This document shows, piece by piece, positions 31,075-39,750 of a stretch of DNA of 64,000 nt. The notes beneath the pieces were generated by a model. It did no database searches. It was given only the letters and a program-made list of their open reading frames with translations, and had not been told where the DNA came from. The position numbers and the translations under genes are program-made. Source of the stretch: Alphaproteobacteria bacterium (GTDB lineage: Bacteria > Pseudomonadota > Alphaproteobacteria > UBA2966); assembly GCA_030740435.1 (NCBI GenBank), contig JASLXG010000071.1, forward strand, positions 1,121 to 65,120, given 5' to 3'. Every line of letters starts with the position of its first letter. The first letter of the stretch is position 1.

Positions 31075-32205
31075 ATGACCATGAACTTCGCCCTCTCCGA
31101 GGAACAAATCCTCTACCGCGAACAGATGCGCCGCTTCGGCCGCGAGGTCATCGCGCCCAGGCGCGCCGAATGGGATGGCGGCGCGCTGCCGCGTCCAATC
31201 ATCGAGGCGGCCGTGGCGGCCGGCTTGGTGAGCCGCGAGATGGACTTCATCAGCCGGGGAATCCTGGTCGAGGAAGCGGGGTACGCGGATTTCAACACGG
31301 CGCTGCCGCTGCTCATCGCCACTGAGCCTTATGAGCTCTACCGCCTGCCCGGCCTGCCCGACGAGATCGGCATCCCGGCCCGCCAGGCCGTGGCGGCGGG
31401 CCAGGCCATCATCGCCGTCGGTTTCACCGAGCCCGAAAGCGGCAGCGACATGGCCGCTTTCAAGGGCCGCGCCGTCCGGGAGGGCAACCAGTGGCGCCTG
31501 AACGCCGTCAAGAACTCGATCTCCTGGGTCGATGCCGATTATTTCATCATCACCTGTCGCTCCGAGGAAGGCAGCACGGGGGTCAGGGGTCTGAGCAATT
31601 TTTTCATTCCCAAAGAGACGCCGGGCGTGGGCCAGGCGCGCATCTGGGCCGACATCGGCAGCCGCGGCGCCAAGCGCGGAAGCGTGGCTTTCGACGACGT
31701 GCGCGTGCCGGCCGACCACCTGATCGGCAAAGAGGGCGAGGGCTATTTCATGGTGGCCGATTTCTTCGACACCAACCGGGCCTACATCGCGCTCAAGTGC
31801 CTGGGAGCGGCCCAAGCCTCGGTCGACGAAACTTGCGAATTCGTGCAGCAGCGCCGCTCCATGGGCCGCCCGATCTCGCAATACCAGGGCATCAGCTTTC
31901 CCCTGGCGGAGGCCGAAACCCAACTCGAGGCGGCCCGCCTGCTCTGCTACAAGACCTTGTGGATGCGCCAGACCGGCCAGCGCCACAGCCGCGAGGGCGC
32001 CATGTGCAAATGGTGGGTGCCGGAACTCACTTTCGAGATCGTGCGCAAGTGCCTGACCATCCACGGCCACTACGGCTACACCCAGGAGCTGCCCTTCGAA
32101 CAGCGCCTGCGCGATATCCTGGGCTGGCAAATCGGCGACGGCACGGCGGAGATCTCCAAGCTGCTGATCGCCCGGGCGATGATGGGCAAGGAAGCGGTTG
32201 GGTGA
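31075..32205 (+). CDS. Acyl-CoA dehydrogenase
   Basis: 376 aa with the ACAD three-domain pattern ('GFTEPESGSD', C-terminal 'ILGWQIGDGTAEI'). GGGAGA lies upstream of the ATG. Confidence 0.9.
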   Translation: MTMNFALSEEQILYREQMRRFGREVIAPRRAEWDGGALPRPIIEAAVAAGLVSREMDFISRGILVEEAGYADFNTALPLLIATEPYELYRLPGLPDEIGIPARQAVAAGQAIIAVGFTEPESGSDMAAFKGRAVREGNQWRLNAVKNSISWVDADYFIITCRSEEGSTGVRGLSNFFIPKETPGVGQARIWADIGSRGAKRGSVAFDDVRVPADHLIGKEGEGYFMVADFFDTNRAYIALKCLGAAQASVDETCEFVQQRRSMGRPISQYQGISFPLAEAETQLEAARLLCYKTLWMRQTGQRHSREGAMCKWWVPELTFEIVRKCLTIHGHYGYTQELPFEQRLRDILGWQIGDGTAEISKLLIARAMMGKEAVG

Positions 32206-32283
32206 TAAGGGACATGATCCGAATTGCAGAGCAATTCGGTTCGTGTCCCATTTAGGCACGAGCGACCCGAAAACGCCTTCCCT

Positions 32284-32403
32284 AAACTGGGGTCGGAGTG
32301 GGTTTTACCAAACTGGGGTCGGAGTGGGTTTTACCCGTAAAACTGGGGTCGGAGTGGGGTGGGTTTACCCGTAAAACTGGGGTCGGAGTGGGTTTTACCC
32401 GTA
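32284..32403. repeat. Four direct tandem repeats (period 26-34 bp) of aaactggggtcggagtgggttttacc(cgt)
   Basis: Copies start at 32284, 32310, 32339 (with a gggtggg variant) and 32373. The last copy overlaps the stop of the ABM-like gene. Confidence 0.9.
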
Positions 32404-32718
32404 GTTTCTCACTTCCTTGACCTCGAAGTGATCCGAGACCTGGTCCCAGCGCTTGAGAATAGCTTGCGCGGCGTCGGGCACATAGCAGCGCTGGTAGTCC
32501 TCGCCCTGAAAGTCGATGACGCTTTGCAGCGAATCGAAGGTCATGATGGTGACGAACTCGACCTCGTCGCCGAGGTCGCGGCGCAAAAGCTCGATACTGC
32601 GGTAGCCGGCGATACCCTTGGCCTCGATCCCGGGGAACACCTCGCCCAGCAACAGCCGCTCGTAATCGTCGGCCCGCTCGGGTGTTGTCCAGCCATGCCA
32701 GATGCGTTTGGTCGTCAT
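32395..32718 (-). CDS. ABM/Dabb-like (antibiotic biosynthesis monooxygenase fold) small protein
   Basis: Start at 'MTTKRIWHGWTTPERADDYE', preceded by GGAGAACCCTCG. 107 aa. The longer track ORF has an implausible leader. Confidence 0.65.
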   Translation of the reverse strand: MTTKRIWHGWTTPERADDYERLLLGEVFPGIEAKGIAGYRSIELLRRDLGDEVEFVTIMTFDSLQSVIDFQGEDYQRCYVPDAAQAILKRWDQVSDHFEVKEVRNYG

Positions 32719-32912
32719 CGAGGGTTCTCCTGTCACGCTACCGGCTTGGGTTTTAGCGCGTAAATAGGTCCCTGTCCCCAGTTTAAGCCTCTGCCGCACA
32801 ACGATTTTTTTGGAAAAATGCGTTCCTGCCCCGCTTTTTCCCGCTTTTTCGCCACCTGAGAGCGACGCAGGCCATGACCAGGGTGAGAAATGAGGGCTCC
32901 TGCCTTCCCGCT

Positions 32913-34532
32913 TCACCGCCTCACCACAATGCCCTCTCTCTCCCGGTCCCAAACCTCCCCCAGCCGCGCCTCAGCCGCCTCGCGGAGTTTGTATTTTTGT
33001 ACCTTCTCGCTCATGGTGCGTGGCAGGTCCGGCACGAACTCGACGTATCTCGGCACCATGTAATAGGCCATGTTGGCCTGGCAGAAATCGATCAGCGCCT
33101 CGGGGGTGAGGTTCGAGCCCGGGCGCAGCACGACGCTGGCCATGACCTCGTCTTCGCTGGTCTCGGCCGCCACGGCGAAGGCGGCGACGTCTTCGACGGT
33201 TTCGTTCTTGAGGATGATTTGTTCGACCTCGTAGGACGAAATGTTTTCGCCGCGGCGCCTAATAGCGTCTTTTTTGCGGTCGACGAAGTACAAGTACCCG
33301 TCTTCGTCGACCCGGCCGCGGTCGCCGGTGTGGAACCAGAGATTGCGGAAAGCCTCCGCCGTAGCCTCGGGTTTGTTGTAGTAGCCCAGCGCCAGGTGCC
33401 AGGGGTCGCGGCCGCGCAGCACGATCTCGCCGACCTCGCCCGCCGGCAATTCAATGTCGTCGTCGACGACGATTCGAACCTCGACCTCGGGGCGCGTGCG
33501 GCCGGCGGAGGCCCATTTTTCCGGCGGGTCGGTGGGGCCGCGCAGCGTCACCATGCAGGTATCCGTCATGGCAAACAGCGAGGTGAACTCGAGGCCGAAG
33601 CGGTTTTGGAAGTCGTCGTAGAACTCGGTGGGCGTCGGCACGACCATGCATTGGCGCACGGGATTTTGGGCGTCATCGGGGCGGGCCGGCTGGGCCCAAA
33701 TGAAATTCGTCATGGCGCCCAGCGAATTGAACTGCGTCGCGCCGTGCTGGCGGATTTCGTCCCAGAACGTCGAGACCGAAAAGCGCCGCGAGAGCGCGAT
33801 CCCGGCGCCCGCCACCAGGGCCGGCATCAGGCTGGTGAGAAGGGCGTTGCCGTGCAGGAGCGGTAGGCAAACGAACAAGACATCGTCGGCGGTGTAACCA
33901 TAGGCCGGCACGATATCCAGGCCGGACGTGATGATGGTGGCTTGGGCCCACATGTTGCCTTTCGAGGGGCCGGTGGTGCCCGAGGTGTAGAGCAGAAAGG
34001 CGAGATCGCTGAAGCGGGGCTCGCTTTCGGGGGGCTCGGGGGAGGCCCGCTCCAGCTCGGCGTAGTCGCTTACGGGGACCTTCAGGCGGCTGGCATGATC
34101 GGCAGCGAGCTCGCCCTGCTCGTCGAACACGATGACGTGCTCCAGGCCCTCGATGTCGCCCGCCACCTCGGCCAGGCGGTCGAAAAGCGCCGCCTCGACG
34201 ATCACCGCCCGGGCGTCGGACTGGCGGATGTAATAGGCCAGGAGTTCCCCTTTGGCGGCCGTGTTGACCGGCACCGTCACGGCGCCCAGCTTGGCCAGGC
34301 CGAAATAGCACCAGAGGATCTCGGGGCAGTTGTTGAGCAGCGTCGCCACGTGATCGCCGTGCTTGACGCCGAGTTCCGCCAGGCCGTTGGCAAGGCGGTT
34401 GGATATCTTCTCCGTTTCGCCGTAAGTAAAGCTGCGCTCTTCGAAGCTCAGGAACTTCTGCTCGCCTCGTTCGGCGGCCAGCCTGCCCAGCAGGTTCTTG
34501 AAGGTGCGCTCATGGATTGGCAGGTCAATCAT
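32913..34532 (-). CDS. AMP-dependent acyl-CoA synthetase/ligase
   Basis: AMP-binding motif 'LLYTSGTTGPSKG' and 'WFHTGDRGRVDEDGYLYFVDRKKD'. Start at 'MIDLPIHERTF', overlapping the upstream gene by 8 nt. Confidence 0.9.
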   Translation of the reverse strand: MIDLPIHERTFKNLLGRLAAERGEQKFLSFEERSFTYGETEKISNRLANGLAELGVKHGDHVATLLNNCPEILWCYFGLAKLGAVTVPVNTAAKGELLAYYIRQSDARAVIVEAALFDRLAEVAGDIEGLEHVIVFDEQGELAADHASRLKVPVSDYAELERASPEPPESEPRFSDLAFLLYTSGTTGPSKGNMWAQATIITSGLDIVPAYGYTADDVLFVCLPLLHGNALLTSLMPALVAGAGIALSRRFSVSTFWDEIRQHGATQFNSLGAMTNFIWAQPARPDDAQNPVRQCMVVPTPTEFYDDFQNRFGLEFTSLFAMTDTCMVTLRGPTDPPEKWASAGRTRPEVEVRIVVDDDIELPAGEVGEIVLRGRDPWHLALGYYNKPEATAEAFRNLWFHTGDRGRVDEDGYLYFVDRKKDAIRRRGENISSYEVEQIILKNETVEDVAAFAVAAETSEDEVMASVVLRPGSNLTPEALIDFCQANMAYYMVPRYVEFVPDLPRTMSEKVQKYKLREAAEARLGEVWDREREGIVVRR

Positions 34533-35142
34533 CGTTCTCGCCGGCCGCGGCCGTCTCACGGCGCTTGAGCGTCATCATCTCGAAGCGCAGCTCGCGCGGG
34601 CCAAAGAGAACCAATACCGTTTCCAGCCAGACGGCGATGCCCGCCAGCAGGGCCACGACCAGACCAATGAGCAGCACCGACTTGATCAGCCAGCGGTGCG
34701 AAAGCCCGACCAGGGAGGCCGAGATCTCGCCGATGGCGTAGGATTCGTAGGTGTAGATGAAGGCGAAATAGACCACCAGCGCAGCGAACGGCAGCAAAAA
34801 GAAGGAACACCCCAGGAACTCGACCCAGGCCTGGCTGCGAAAGGTCAGGCGCTCGTGCAAGAGATCGACACGGACGTGGCGGTTGTTGACGTAGCCCATG
34901 CCCAGCACCAGGGCAAACAGCCCCGTGTGCAGATGCCATTCCATCTCCTGCAGGATGGTGGACTGGAAGATCGCGCCTGCGTTCTCGATCAGCCACAACT
35001 GAATCCACACCAGCTTGCGAGCGAAGATGTCCCAGGCCGTGACCAGGATCAGCGGTATGATCAGCAGCGAGCCCCAACGGCCCACGCGGTCGCAAAAAAC
35101 CCTCAGGAATTTTATTGTTAGCAGAGTGGCTTTGACCGGCAT
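34525..35142 (-). CDS. TRAP transporter small permease (DctQ-like), no DctM/DctP adjacent
   Basis: 205 aa and 4 hydrophobic segments, with 'NRHVRVDLL' typical of DctQ. Confidence 0.75.
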   Translation of the reverse strand: MPVKATLLTIKFLRVFCDRVGRWGSLLIIPLILVTAWDIFARKLVWIQLWLIENAGAIFQSTILQEMEWHLHTGLFALVLGMGYVNNRHVRVDLLHERLTFRSQAWVEFLGCSFFLLPFAALVVYFAFIYTYESYAIGEISASLVGLSHRWLIKSVLLIGLVVALLAGIAVWLETVLVLFGPRELRFEMMTLKRRETAAAGENDD

Positions 35143-35285
35143 CCCCTCGCCCTACGCCAGTTCGTAGTGGAAATCCGTGGCCCGGCCCTCGGGCTCGGCT
35201 TTGAACACCACGCGCATCCGCGCCCTGGGCCGCCGCCTCAACGGCGGCTCGGAAGCGAACCCGAATTGATCGTTCGGATTCGGTA

Positions 35286-35498
35286 TTACTCGTCTTCGAA
35301 CCTGAATGAGATGTTGAGCCGCACGCGATAGCCCACGACCTTGCCGTCCTCGAGTTGCACGTCCTGCTTGACAACCTCGGCAACACGCAGATCGCGCAAC
35401 GTCTTGCTGGCCCGTTCGATGGCGGCGGCGGCCGCCCTCTCCCAGGACTCCGAACTCGTGCCAACGATCTCAATCACTTTGTAGACGCTCTCGACCAT
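35286..35498 (-). CDS. Dodecin (flavin-binding) family protein
   Basis: Start at 'MVESVYKVIEIVGTSSESWERAAAAAIERASKTLRDLRVAEV'. 70 aa, the typical dodecin size and sequence. Confidence 0.85.
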   Translation of the reverse strand: MVESVYKVIEIVGTSSESWERAAAAAIERASKTLRDLRVAEVVKQDVQLEDGKVVGYRVRLNISFRFEDE

Positions 35499-35829
35499 GA
35501 CAACCTCCCTATCTGAGATGTCCCGATGGCCGGTGCCGGGGCCGGCCATCCCCTATCGGGATCGGCGCGCGGCACCAAGCATCACGGATGCAGGCATCAC
35601 AGTCGATTGTAGCGATTTTTCCCGCAGGCGTCAGCAAACCGGTGGGCGGGCAGAGGGACGCATTTATTCCTGTTTTTTCGCCTGCCGCGGTCTGGCGGGG
35701 GCTCGTGGGGGAGATCTGGCCTGTCTCCGCACCCCTTGATTTCTGCGACTTGATGACCTAGATACCGGGTTGCCGAATTGGCGAGGCTGTTGTGGGCCAG
35801 GGAGCCCAGCGACCTAGCAGAGTAGGACC

Positions 35830-36048
35830 ATGAGCGAAACCAGCGCCGAGACCACCTCTTCCCCGACGCCCAGCAAGCCCGACTGTGCCTCTTGCCCGAT
35901 GGCATCCTCTGACGGCGATAGCGGCGGCGACAAAGACAGCAAAGGCGGCAAAGACAGCAAAGGCGCTGGCCGCGGCGAGCGCCAGAAGCTGGTGACCCAG
36001 CGCTACCGCAGCAACTGGGACTCGATCTTCGGCAAGAAGCGCCGTTAG
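35830..36048 (+). CDS. Small hypothetical protein (Ser/Asp/Lys-rich, basic C-terminus)
   Basis: 72-aa ORF with GC-rich third codon positions and a weak RBS. No family recognised. Contains the internal duplication 'KDSKGGKDSKG'. Confidence 0.4.
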   Translation: MSETSAETTSSPTPSKPDCASCPMASSDGDSGGDKDSKGGKDSKGAGRGERQKLVTQRYRSNWDSIFGKKRR

Positions 36049-36095
36049 GCGCGGCCCGCAGGGCGCGGTCCGCAGGGCCGGCCAGAAGCCTGGCG

Positions 36096-36497
36096 CTACT
36101 CCTCGGAAAACTCTTCCAGCCAACTGGCGGCGGTGAGATTCTTGATCTCTTCGTCGAGCCTGGCGTTGGCCACCGCGGCGTCGCCGTTGCCGACGCCGCT
36201 TTTTCTTGTCATATGCTGGTGCAGGAAATCGGCCACGAGGCTGCCCACGGCATGGATGGCGTCGTGCCGGTCCAGGCCCTCCCGCATCAGGCGTCCGATG
36301 GTCTCGCCGGTGGAAATCTCGCCGCCCATCAGGATCTGGTTTTCCACCACCGCATGAATTGCCGCGTGCAGCAACTCGTTGGGCAGCTCCACCCCGGCCC
36401 GGCGATGGTAAGCCGCCACCAGATCTAGACATTCCTGCTCGTCCAAGGACTGCCAGGCCTCCGGATCGGGTGCCTGATGAGGATCGTAGCTATCCAT
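36096..36497 (-). CDS. DUF1841-like hypothetical protein
   Basis: 133 aa. 'LHAAIHAVVENQIL' resembles the DUF1841 core. Confidence 0.65.
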   Translation of the reverse strand: MDSYDPHQAPDPEAWQSLDEQECLDLVAAYHRRAGVELPNELLHAAIHAVVENQILMGGEISTGETIGRLMREGLDRHDAIHAVGSLVADFLHQHMTRKSGVGNGDAAVANARLDEEIKNLTAASWLEEFSEE

Positions 36498-36514
36498 GTC
36501 GCTCTCCCGCGCCG

Positions 36515-37525
36515 TTAGCCCGATTGCTCCGCCGCCACCTCGATCATGCGTTTACCGCGGTTCTCGCCGGCCAGCAGTCCGATCAGTGCCGCCGGGGCAT
36601 TTTCCAGGCCGGGGATGACGTCTTCCACCACCACCAAGTCACCCGCTTCGGCCCAGGCCGAGAGCTCGGCCACGGCCTCGGCGTCGTGGGCGGCAAAATC
36701 CATGACGATGAAGCCTTGCAGCTTGAGACGCTTGACCACGATCAGGCCGGGGACGCCGCGGGGGCTCGACATATCCATGGTGTCGTATTGCGAGACGGCG
36801 CCGCAGCAAACCACGCGGCCGCCCTGGTTCATCTGGAAAAGCGCGGCCTCGAGCACGGCGCCGCCGGTGTTGTCGAAGTAGACGTCGATGCCGCCCGGGC
36901 AGGCCGCCGCCAGACGCTTGGCGAAGCCCCTTTCCCGGTAGTCGACCGCCTCGGCAAAGCCGAGCTCTTCGACCAGCCAGCGGCATTTGTCCGGGCCGCC
37001 GGCGATGCCCACGGCGCGGGCACCCTTTAGCCTGGCGATCTGGCCCACCAGCGAGCCCACCGAACCGGCGGCGGCGGAAACCGCCACGGTCTCGCCGGGA
37101 CGCGGCGCGCCGATCCGCATGAGGCCGTGGTAGGCCGTCTTGCCGGCGATGCCAAAGACCGAAATATGATGGCTGAGCGGCCGCTCGGGCGGCACCGGGC
37201 TGGCCTCGGCCGCCGCCATGGTGGCGAATTCGGCCCAGCCGCCCTCGCCCGCCACCACGTCGCCGGCGGCGAAGGCTTGGGCCCTCGATTGCACCACTTG
37301 GCCGATGACGTAGCCATGCATGACGTCGCCCGCCTTGACCGCCCGGCGGTAGGTCGGGCCCTGCATCCAGGCGCGGTTGGCGGCATCGAGCGAGATCAGC
37401 AGCGTCCGCACCAGCAGCTCGCCGGCGGCCGGTCTCGGGACCTCGCTTTGCTGCAGCTCGAAATGCCCCTCCGCGAGCGCGCCCCGGGGGATTTCCCGGA
37501 CAATTATCTGGCTGTGTTTAGGCAT
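36515..37525 (-). CDS. NADP-dependent oxidoreductase, MDR family (YncB / alkenal reductase type)
   Basis: 336 aa with the cofactor motif 'AAAGSVGSLVGQIARLKG'. No zinc ligands. Confidence 0.9.
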   Translation of the reverse strand: MPKHSQIIVREIPRGALAEGHFELQQSEVPRPAAGELLVRTLLISLDAANRAWMQGPTYRRAVKAGDVMHGYVIGQVVQSRAQAFAAGDVVAGEGGWAEFATMAAAEASPVPPERPLSHHISVFGIAGKTAYHGLMRIGAPRPGETVAVSAAAGSVGSLVGQIARLKGARAVGIAGGPDKCRWLVEELGFAEAVDYRERGFAKRLAAACPGGIDVYFDNTGGAVLEAALFQMNQGGRVVCCGAVSQYDTMDMSSPRGVPGLIVVKRLKLQGFIVMDFAAHDAEAVAELSAWAEAGDLVVVEDVIPGLENAPAALIGLLAGENRGKRMIEVAAEQSG

Positions 37526-37603
37526 GATGCCGGCGATCCTAACCCGGATTGCCGAGACGCGCCCAGCACGCTTAGACTAGTCACGCAGCAGAAGGAGAAC
37601 CCC

Positions 37604-38476
37604 ATGCCGCCTTTTGACTACATCGCTTCCATCACCGACCGCTACCAGCGGCTGGGTTATCAGACCTATCGCTGGTTCCAGGCGGACGAGCCGCCGGCCT
37701 TCGCGCCCATGACCAAGCCGCTGGCCGAATGCAAGCTCGGCGTGCTCTCGACGGCGGGCGTCTACGTCAAGGGCCAGGTGGCCTACTATTACAAGGACGA
37801 CACCTCGTTCCGGGCCATCCCCAAGACCACGCCGACCTCCGAGATCCGCTTCTCGCACCTCACCGAGCACTACCTGCCCGACGCCCGGCGCGACGCCAAC
37901 TGCGTCTTTCCCATCGAGCCCCTGCGCCGGCTCGAGGCCGAGGGCGTGATCGGCGAGCTGGCGGAGGAGCTATATTCGTGCATGGGCGCCGTCTATTCGC
38001 AACGCCGCGCGCGCGAGGAGCTGATCCCCGCGCTGGCCGCCGAGTTCGCCCGCCAAGAGGTCGACGTGGTGGCGCTGGTGCCGTTGTGACCGGTCTGCCA
38101 TCAGACCGTGAGTCTGATCGCCCGACACATCGAAGCCCAAGGCACGCCGACAGTGTGCCTGGCCAGCGCCCGCGACATCATCGCCGCCGGCAACTCGCCG
38201 CGCGCCGTCTTCGTCGACTATCCGCTGGGCCACACCACCGGGCGCCCCTTCGAGCCCGAAGAGCAAACCGCCATCGTACGCGCCGGCCTCGAGGCGCTGG
38301 AGGGCATCAAGGAGCCCGGCACCATCCTCGATCTCGGCTATAGTTGGCCCGACCCGGGCTGGCAGCGCGCCGAGGACGACATGGACAGCGGCGACGAGCG
38401 CGAGCCCCGCGGCGACCAGCCAGTCTACCAGTTCGAGGAAGACCGGCTGGCCGCCGAGGCGGCTTTGGCAGGGTAA
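37604..38476 (+). CDS. GrdB/PrdB-family (selenoprotein B-like) reductase with in-frame TGA 38087-38089, candidate selenocysteine
   Basis: ATG 37604 follows GAAGGAGA. Two same-frame ORFs are separated only by TGA. The junction 'VALVPL-U-PVCHQTVSLIARHIEAQGTPTV...YPLGH' parallels the Sec region of GrdB. The downstream ORF has only a GTG with no SD. Confidence 0.65.
38090..38116 (+). promoter_or_regulatory. Candidate bacterial SECIS-like stem-loops immediately 3' of the TGA
   Basis: cggtctg(38091-97)-ccat-cagaccg(38102-08). The alternative is cagac(38102-06)-cgtga-gtctg(38112-16). Confidence 0.4.
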
Positions 38477-39250
38477 CTAACGCCAGGGACTGAAGTCGGG
38501 CGCGCGCTTTTCCAGGAAGGCGTTGGCCCCTTCCTGCTGCTCGCCGGTCTCGAAATACTTCGGGATGACGCGCGCCACCACGTCGTTGACGGTCGAGTCG
38601 ATGAAGGGGTCGAGGTCGTCGCGGAAGGTCTGCTTGATGACGCGGAGACAGCTCGGGCTCAGGGCCAGGAGCTCCTGGCACCAGCGGGCCACCTCGGCGT
38701 CGAGCTCGGCGTAGGGCACCACAGCGTTGATCAGGCCCCAATCCATCATCTCGGCGGCGGTGTATTGGCGGCACATCATCCACATCTCGCGGGCCCGCTT
38801 GTGGCCCACCACGTGGGCCAGGTGCTGCACGATATGGCCCGAGGCCGGCGAGCCGACGCGCGGGCCGGTCTGGCCGAAGCGGGCATGGTCGGCGGCGATG
38901 GAGAAATCGCAGAAATAGGCGATGTGGTTGCCGGCGCCGATGGAATAGCCGTTGATGCGGGCGATCACCGGCTTGGGGCAATCGACGACCATGCGGTTGA
39001 CCTTGAAGTCGAGGCCGTCGAGGCCACCGTCGGCCTCCCACTTGACGTCGCCGCCGACGCAGAAGGCCCGCTCGCCAACTCCGGTGAGCACCAGCACGCC
39101 GACCTCGGGGTTGGTGCTGGCGTCCTCGATGGCGTCCTGCATCTCCATGATGGTGTCGCCGGTGAAGGAGTTCAGCGACTTGGGCCGGTTGATGGTCATG
39201 GTGGCCACCTGGTCCTTGATCTCGTAGAAAATGTCCTTGTACTCAGCCAT
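38477..39250 (-). CDS. Crotonase superfamily protein, MenB/BadI-like
   Basis: Start at 'MAEYKDIFYEIKDQVATMTINRPKSLNSF'. 'FCVGGDVK' and 'INGYSIGAGNHIAYFCD' are typical of the MenB/BadI branch. Confidence 0.85.
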   Translation of the reverse strand: MAEYKDIFYEIKDQVATMTINRPKSLNSFTGDTIMEMQDAIEDASTNPEVGVLVLTGVGERAFCVGGDVKWEADGGLDGLDFKVNRMVVDCPKPVIARINGYSIGAGNHIAYFCDFSIAADHARFGQTGPRVGSPASGHIVQHLAHVVGHKRAREMWMMCRQYTAAEMMDWGLINAVVPYAELDAEVARWCQELLALSPSCLRVIKQTFRDDLDPFIDSTVNDVVARVIPKYFETGEQQEGANAFLEKRAPDFSPWR

Positions 39251-39299
39251 CTCGGAGGGTCCTTCTCGGTTGCCGGTTGGGGGGGGCTGCCGCCGCCGT

Positions 39300-39668
39300 T
39301 CAGGCGGCAGCGCTGGTGTAGGTAGCAAGATCGAAGTAGTCGCGCCAGACCTTGATTTTGCCCTCGGACATTTCGAAAAGCCCGAAGCAAGGCAGATCGA
39401 CGCCCTTGTCACCGAGCCGCGTGCGGTCGACACGCTCGACGGCGACGCGGTCGTCTTGAGAGGTCAGGCTGACGATCTCCCACTCGGTGGCTGTCCAGTC
39501 CTTGATGAAGCCGGCGATGAAGCGCTCGACCTTGTCGCGGCCCTGGACCGGTTGGAACGGCATGTTGTGGTAGCAGCCGTCGTCGGTGAAATAGCCCGCC
39601 AACTCGGCCGCATCGAGGCGCGACCAGGCGGCGATGAAGTCGCGTACCAGGTTTTCGTTTTCGTTCAT
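39300..39668 (-). CDS. SnoaL/NTF2-fold protein, limonene-1,2-epoxide hydrolase-like
   Basis: 122 aa with 'LVRDFIAAWSRLDAAELAGYFTDDGCYHNMP' and 'KIKVWRDYFD'. Confidence 0.7.
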   Translation of the reverse strand: MNENENLVRDFIAAWSRLDAAELAGYFTDDGCYHNMPFQPVQGRDKVERFIAGFIKDWTATEWEIVSLTSQDDRVAVERVDRTRLGDKGVDLPCFGLFEMSEGKIKVWRDYFDLATYTSAAA

Positions 39669-39750
39669 GATGGGTTCCCCGTGTGGCGGAGATTTGGCGA
39701 TCGTCAGACTAACCCGTTAAGCTCGCCGCCCCCAGCTTTGAGGCACAATC

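Noticed and set aside
32284-32403. Possible CRISPR array
   Set aside because: The repeat units abut each other with no unique spacers. The period is 26-34 bp, and no cas genes or leader are present. It is treated as a tandem repeat instead.
35499-35829. FMN (RFN) riboswitch upstream of the dodecin gene
   Set aside because: Only a short 'cccaccgg' resemblance was found. The multi-block RFN consensus is absent.
38108-38476. Independent 122-aa gene starting at GTG 38108
   Set aside because: There is no Shine-Dalgarno. It is in frame with the upstream ORF across a single TGA, and the two halves together align as one GrdB/PrdB-like protein. A truncated pseudogene remains the alternative to Sec read-through.
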